A stretch of 64,000 bases of DNA from an uncultured Verrucomicrobiota bacterium (GTDB taxonomy: Bacteria; Verrucomicrobiota; Verrucomicrobiia; Limisphaerales; J093). The notes under the pieces were generated by a model that did no database searches, was not told the DNA's origin, and worked only from the letters and a program-made list of their open reading frames with translations. The stretch spans positions 948 to 64,947 of the forward strand of contig CAYNCT010000002.1 in NCBI GenBank assembly GCA_964396005.1, in the 5' to 3' direction. Of this stretch, positions 60,259 through 64,000 are shown one piece after another. Position numbers and translations under genes: made by a program. How positions within the stretch are numbered: the stretch's first letter is position 1; each line of letters starts with the position of its first letter.

Positions 60259-61890
60259 TTACTTCAGCGCCACGTCGCCGCAGAGGTGGACTTCGAGCCC
60301 CAACTCCGCCAGGGCGGCGGCTTTAATGCGGCAGGCGCGGTGGGCCTGCTTTTCGTTGGGCGCGTACACCACCTGGATGTGGTTGGATTTGTGGCGCGCC
60401 ATCATCTGGTCGCGGGTGATGCCTTTGAGCACAGTGTGCATGATGGGCCACTGCGGGGTGGTCTCGCGCCAGCGGCGCTCGGTTTCCTCCGCGGGCAGCG
60501 CCACGACCTCGGCGACGCCCAGGTCAGCATGGAGGCGCTGCTCCATGACGAACACGCGGCTCCACACCACCCAGCCGGGTTTACTGACCCCCTTGAGCGT
60601 CCCGCCCCCGAGTCGGAAATACATGGGCGGCTGCCGCTCACTGGACGCGCCGTTCCAACCGCCGACGAAGTGTGCGGGCGGGGCGGCGCCGGAGATTAGC
60701 AGCACCCAGACGTAGTCGTTCACCGTGCCCGACCGGTCGGCGTCGCCCCAGCGGACGTCGTGCAGCGTGTTCTCCGGGGCGAAGCCCAACGCGCGCCAGA
60801 GCCGGTAGGTGATCAGCCCGTCCAAGCCGGCCCCTTCGTCCACCTCGTTGAAGTGCGGCACCGCCTCGCCGGCGAACAAGACCGCGCCGGTTTGGGGACA
60901 GCGCACCGGCGGACGGTCCACGTTGTTCAAAGTGCCTTCCACCAGGTCGCTGGCCGGCGCGAGGTCCTTGAGGCCCTGTTGATACTGGATGCCGATCGCG
61001 TCGCACCCGAACTCTGCCGCGAGGCGCACGGCGGCCACGTACATTCGGCACTGCTGGAGAGTTTGCGCCCTGGTGAGTTCGGTTGCCTCGTCCGTGCCCC
61101 AGACGAAGCGCAGGCCCTTCTTCAAATACCACGCAAGCACCGCCTCGGCCTCGGCCTCGATCACCGTCCGCATGGCGGCATAAAGCGCCGACTGACTGAG
61201 CCGCTCCTTGAAGACCCCGGTAGGGTTCAGCAGCTCGTCGGGCAGAATGGCGTTGTGCATTCCCATGCAACCTTCGTCGAAGACGCCGAGGATTGCCTTG
61301 CGCGCCTTGAATTCGCGCGCCCAGCGCCGGCCGAACTGTTCGTCCGCCGGGGGGAGCTTCAGCACGGCCAGGTCGCGCACGTGGCTTTGGTCATGGGTGA
61401 CCACGCCGGCTTCGAGCCACTGGCGGAGACCGCCCTTGAAGAAGGCGTCGGTGAACTGCTCGCTCCACAGCGTGCTGTAGCGGATGCCCATCTTGGTCAG
61501 GGAGCCGTTCAGGTTCAGCATACCCACCAGGCCGGGCCAGGTGCCGGACCAGTTGGCTACCGTGAGGATCGGCCCGCGATGGGTGAAGAGGCCCGGAAGG
61601 ATGTGCTGGCTGTACTGCCAAACCGACTCGGCCACAATCAACGGTACCTCCGGCGGCACCTCGCGAAACACCTCGAGGCCCATCTTCTGCGAATCAATGA
61701 ACCCGTGTCGCCGGGCCTTGTCGTAGGGATGCGCCCGCACCACCCGCCAGCCCTCGGCCCGGAGCGCGGCCGTGAGGGCCCGCTCCATCTTTTCCTGCTC
61801 CGGCCAGCATTTCTGATTCGCGGAGAGGCGGAGATCGCCATTGGCCACAAGGTACACGGTCCGGGCGGGAGTCGGAGATGCAGTCTTCAT
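60259..61890 (-). CDS. L-fucose isomerase family-like sugar isomerase
   Basis: 543 aa from the ATG at 61890. The layout resembles FucI-like proteins (N-terminal Rossmann-like VYLVANGDLRLS; C-terminal YFRLGGGT.KG ... WPIMH ... HKSNHIQVVYA). The assignment is moderate and from recall. Confidence 0.7.
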   Translation of the reverse strand: MKTASPTPARTVYLVANGDLRLSANQKCWPEQEKMERALTAALRAEGWRVVRAHPYDKARRHGFIDSQKMGLEVFREVPPEVPLIVAESVWQYSQHILPGLFTHRGPILTVANWSGTWPGLVGMLNLNGSLTKMGIRYSTLWSEQFTDAFFKGGLRQWLEAGVVTHDQSHVRDLAVLKLPPADEQFGRRWAREFKARKAILGVFDEGCMGMHNAILPDELLNPTGVFKERLSQSALYAAMRTVIEAEAEAVLAWYLKKGLRFVWGTDEATELTRAQTLQQCRMYVAAVRLAAEFGCDAIGIQYQQGLKDLAPASDLVEGTLNNVDRPPVRCPQTGAVLFAGEAVPHFNEVDEGAGLDGLITYRLWRALGFAPENTLHDVRWGDADRSGTVNDYVWVLLISGAAPPAHFVGGWNGASSERQPPMYFRLGGGTLKGVSKPGWVVWSRVFVMEQRLHADLGVAEVVALPAEETERRWRETTPQWPIMHTVLKGITRDQMMARHKSNHIQVVYAPNEKQAHRACRIKAAALAELGLEVHLCGDVALK

Positions 61891-61975
61891 AGATCGGCTG
61901 GCGACGGACGTTAAGTCGCGGCCCTGCGGGCGCAATCGGAAACCGCAGACCCAAGCCTTCGCGCGCCGAGTGCGC

Positions 61976-62821
61976 TCAGGAACTGGCGCTGGTGTAGTGG
62001 CGCAGCGACCGGCGCCAACCCCACGCGGAGACCGCGAAACACGCCGCCGCCATGCCCAGCAACCGGGCAATTTCCCACGGCGAGTCCAGCTTGTCCGCCA
62101 GCAGCTTCACCGGCACGTTGGCCACCAACAGCATGGGAAGCACGAAGGTGAAAGTCACCTTGAACATCCCGGGCCGAAACGCTCCATCCGGCAACCGCGC
62201 GAGGTTGAACAGGTTGTAATAGCCCCAGATGATCCCCTGCGCGCGCACGGTCCAGAAGCTCACCGTCGCCAGCAGAAACATCAGCGAGTAGTGGATCAGG
62301 ACGCCCACCGCGCACAGGGCCGCGAACGCAGCCAGCTCCGCCACCCCGGGCTGCAGGCCAAGCTGGCCGGCCGCATACGCCATCACCGCGACCGCCGACG
62401 CGGCGTTGACGAACGCGCCGAGGTCCACGTGCCGCAGCGAGATCACGAAGCGGGTATTGACCGGTAAGAGCAGCAGAAAATCCAGGCGGCCGGTGCGGAC
62501 CAGTTCCGACAGGTTGGAGCAGTTGGTGAGGAACAGCGCGGTAAAGATCTGTTGGATGAAATGGCTCGCGCCCATCAGCAACACCACCTCCCAGCGGGAC
62601 CAGGTGGCGATGCGCTCGGTGTGCTGGTAGATCACCGCCACGAAGCAGAGCTGCAGCGCGAACCAGAGCAGCTCGACCACGATCCACAGCAGGAAGTTTG
62701 TCTTGAACCCCATCTCGCGCACGATCGAGTTGCGCCACAGCGCGGCATACACGATCGCGTAACGGCGCAGGCGGTCCGTGACGCGGTCCGGCGCGGGGCG
62801 GCTGGCGGCAGTTGCTTCCAT
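61976..62821 (-). CDS. ABC-2 type transporter permease (DUF990-like)
   Basis: Six hydrophobic segments. Contains FKTNFLLWIVVELLWFALQL and GRLDFLLLLPV. ATG at 62821. Confidence 0.7.
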   Translation of the reverse strand: MEATAASRPAPDRVTDRLRRYAIVYAALWRNSIVREMGFKTNFLLWIVVELLWFALQLCFVAVIYQHTERIATWSRWEVVLLMGASHFIQQIFTALFLTNCSNLSELVRTGRLDFLLLLPVNTRFVISLRHVDLGAFVNAASAVAVMAYAAGQLGLQPGVAELAAFAALCAVGVLIHYSLMFLLATVSFWTVRAQGIIWGYYNLFNLARLPDGAFRPGMFKVTFTFVLPMLLVANVPVKLLADKLDSPWEIARLLGMAAACFAVSAWGWRRSLRHYTSASS

Positions 62822-62828
62822 GCGCGCC

Positions 62829-63635
62829 TCAGCCCCCCACGGCCGAATACCGGCGAATGCCGCGGTGCCACACCCACCGCGCCAGCGCGTAACTGGCGAC
62901 CACCCAGCCCGCCTGGATGGCCAGCCCCTGCCACAACTCCGGTCCGGAAACCCGGCCCAGGTACACACTCACCGGGAAGTAAAGCTGGTAGGGAAACGGC
63001 GTGAAGTTCAGCGCCGTCAACAGCGCCGGCGGCAGGATGTCGAGGGGAAACAGATGTCCGCCCGCCAGGTACTCGAAGGCGAACAGGATGAAGATGAACG
63101 TTGAGACCTCGAGCACCCAAAACGCCAGCAGGGCCATGGTGTACGAGATGAAGAATTGCAGGAGCGCCGTGAGCACCACGGACACGGCGAAGACGGCGGC
63201 GGTCAGGCCGTCCGCCGGCAGCAGGAGGAACTCGCGTTGCACCAGCAGAAAAAGGGTCACGGGCACCAGCGCCACGCTGGTGTAGATGATCCGCCCGGCG
63301 CTGAACAGGCACAGCCGGTACGTGAGGTAGTCTATCGGTTTGAGCAGGAACTGGCTGATGTTCCCATCCTTGATATCCGCGGCGATCTGCCAGTCATCCT
63401 CCGCCACCGCGGTCAACATATCCACCAGGGTGGCGATCAGGTAGTACGACGTCATGCCCGCCAGCGTGTAGCCCGCAACGCTGGCCTGGTCCGGGTTGCT
63501 CAGGAAGACCGCGCGCCACAGGTAGATGGTCGCCATCAGCGGGATCAGGCCAAAGCACGCCCGAAACAGGAAGTTCACGCGATAGACCAGCGTGTTCTGA
63601 ATGCCGATGCCAATGACGTGCCAATACTTTTTCAA
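62829..63635 (-). CDS. ABC-2 type transporter permease (DUF990-like)
   Basis: Contains KKYWHVIGIGIQNTLVYRVNFLF and GNISQFLLKPIDYL, with multiple TM segments. The start is inferred at the TTG at 63635. The ORF stays open to 63848, but that extension is Arg/Gly/Ala-rich. Confidence 0.65.
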   Translation of the reverse strand: MKKYWHVIGIGIQNTLVYRVNFLFRACFGLIPLMATIYLWRAVFLSNPDQASVAGYTLAGMTSYYLIATLVDMLTAVAEDDWQIAADIKDGNISQFLLKPIDYLTYRLCLFSAGRIIYTSVALVPVTLFLLVQREFLLLPADGLTAAVFAVSVVLTALLQFFISYTMALLAFWVLEVSTFIFILFAFEYLAGGHLFPLDILPPALLTALNFTPFPYQLYFPVSVYLGRVSGPELWQGLAIQAGWVVASYALARWVWHRGIRRYSAVGG

Positions 63636-64000
63636 CGCGCGTTGCAGTGCGACTCCGCGGTTCGGTCGGCTCCTCCGTCGCGCACCGGCCGGGTCGCCGC
63701 CCGCCAGGCGCGGCGAACGAAGGATGCCGCCTGCCCAGCGCTGCAGGGTACGGAAAGGCTGCCGGGCGCGCAACCGGGTGGCGCCCGCGCCCCCGCGTGC
63801 TGCCGACGGCCCTCGCCGTCGGCCTTGCCTCGTTGCGTAGGTTTCCAAACTACCGTGTCGCCTGCCGGTGCCGCCCCCGTCACGGCAGGCAGGCCGACCT
63901 CCAGTCGGTCACGGCGCGCGTTTCGCCCAGCCCCGGCGGATTGGAAACCCGCGATCCAGCAGACCAGAGGTCTGCGCTACGACGCCACGGGTGCGCGCTT

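Noticed and set aside
63900-64000. A hairpin-containing sequence at the window edge (ggattggaaacccgcgatcc, gcagacc-aga-ggtctgc) as a fourth repeat family.
   Set aside because: There is only one, truncated, instance in the window, so repetition cannot be shown here. It is mentioned under the ABC-2 finding only.

Overview
This is a high-GC bacterial chromosomal segment. By eye GC is roughly two-thirds, and it dips to about 50-58% around 51.4-52.7 kb. The gene content looks like the PVC superphylum (Verrucomicrobiota or Planctomycetota-like). It has three prepilin-type N-terminal methylation (DUF1559-like) proteins, a PEP-CTERM protein, a sulfatase, a GH127 enzyme and other large glycosidases, ThuA and Gfo/Idh/MocA proteins, and two ECF sigma/anti-sigma pairs. 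I support about 50 protein-coding genes. These include housekeeping genes (gatC, gatA, ptsH, ychF, purH, aroB, yggS, malic enzyme and two polyprenyl-diphosphate synthases). I also support one tRNA-Tyr(GTA), one decayed DDE transposase gene and seven copies of three intergenic repeat modules. I see no rRNA, no CRISPR array and no recognisable multi-gene defence system. The items most worth a second look are: (1) hairpin-rich dispersed repeats that sit mostly at gene 3' ends and often directly abut stop codons; (2) a ferritin-like diiron DUF455 domain fused to an ATP-grasp ligase, immediately upstream of a short-chain prenyl-diphosphate synthase; (3) a GNAT-fold / serine-palmitoyltransferase-like / SDR reductase triad with the enzyme-class composition of the bacterial ceramide pathway; (4) a roughly 1213-codon GH127 gene carrying an inserted (alpha/alpha)6 module and split by a single in-frame TAG. 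All functional calls come from motif recognition by eye in the supplied translations. No database search was run. Many start codons are uncertain because long N-terminal ORF extensions are common at this GC content.
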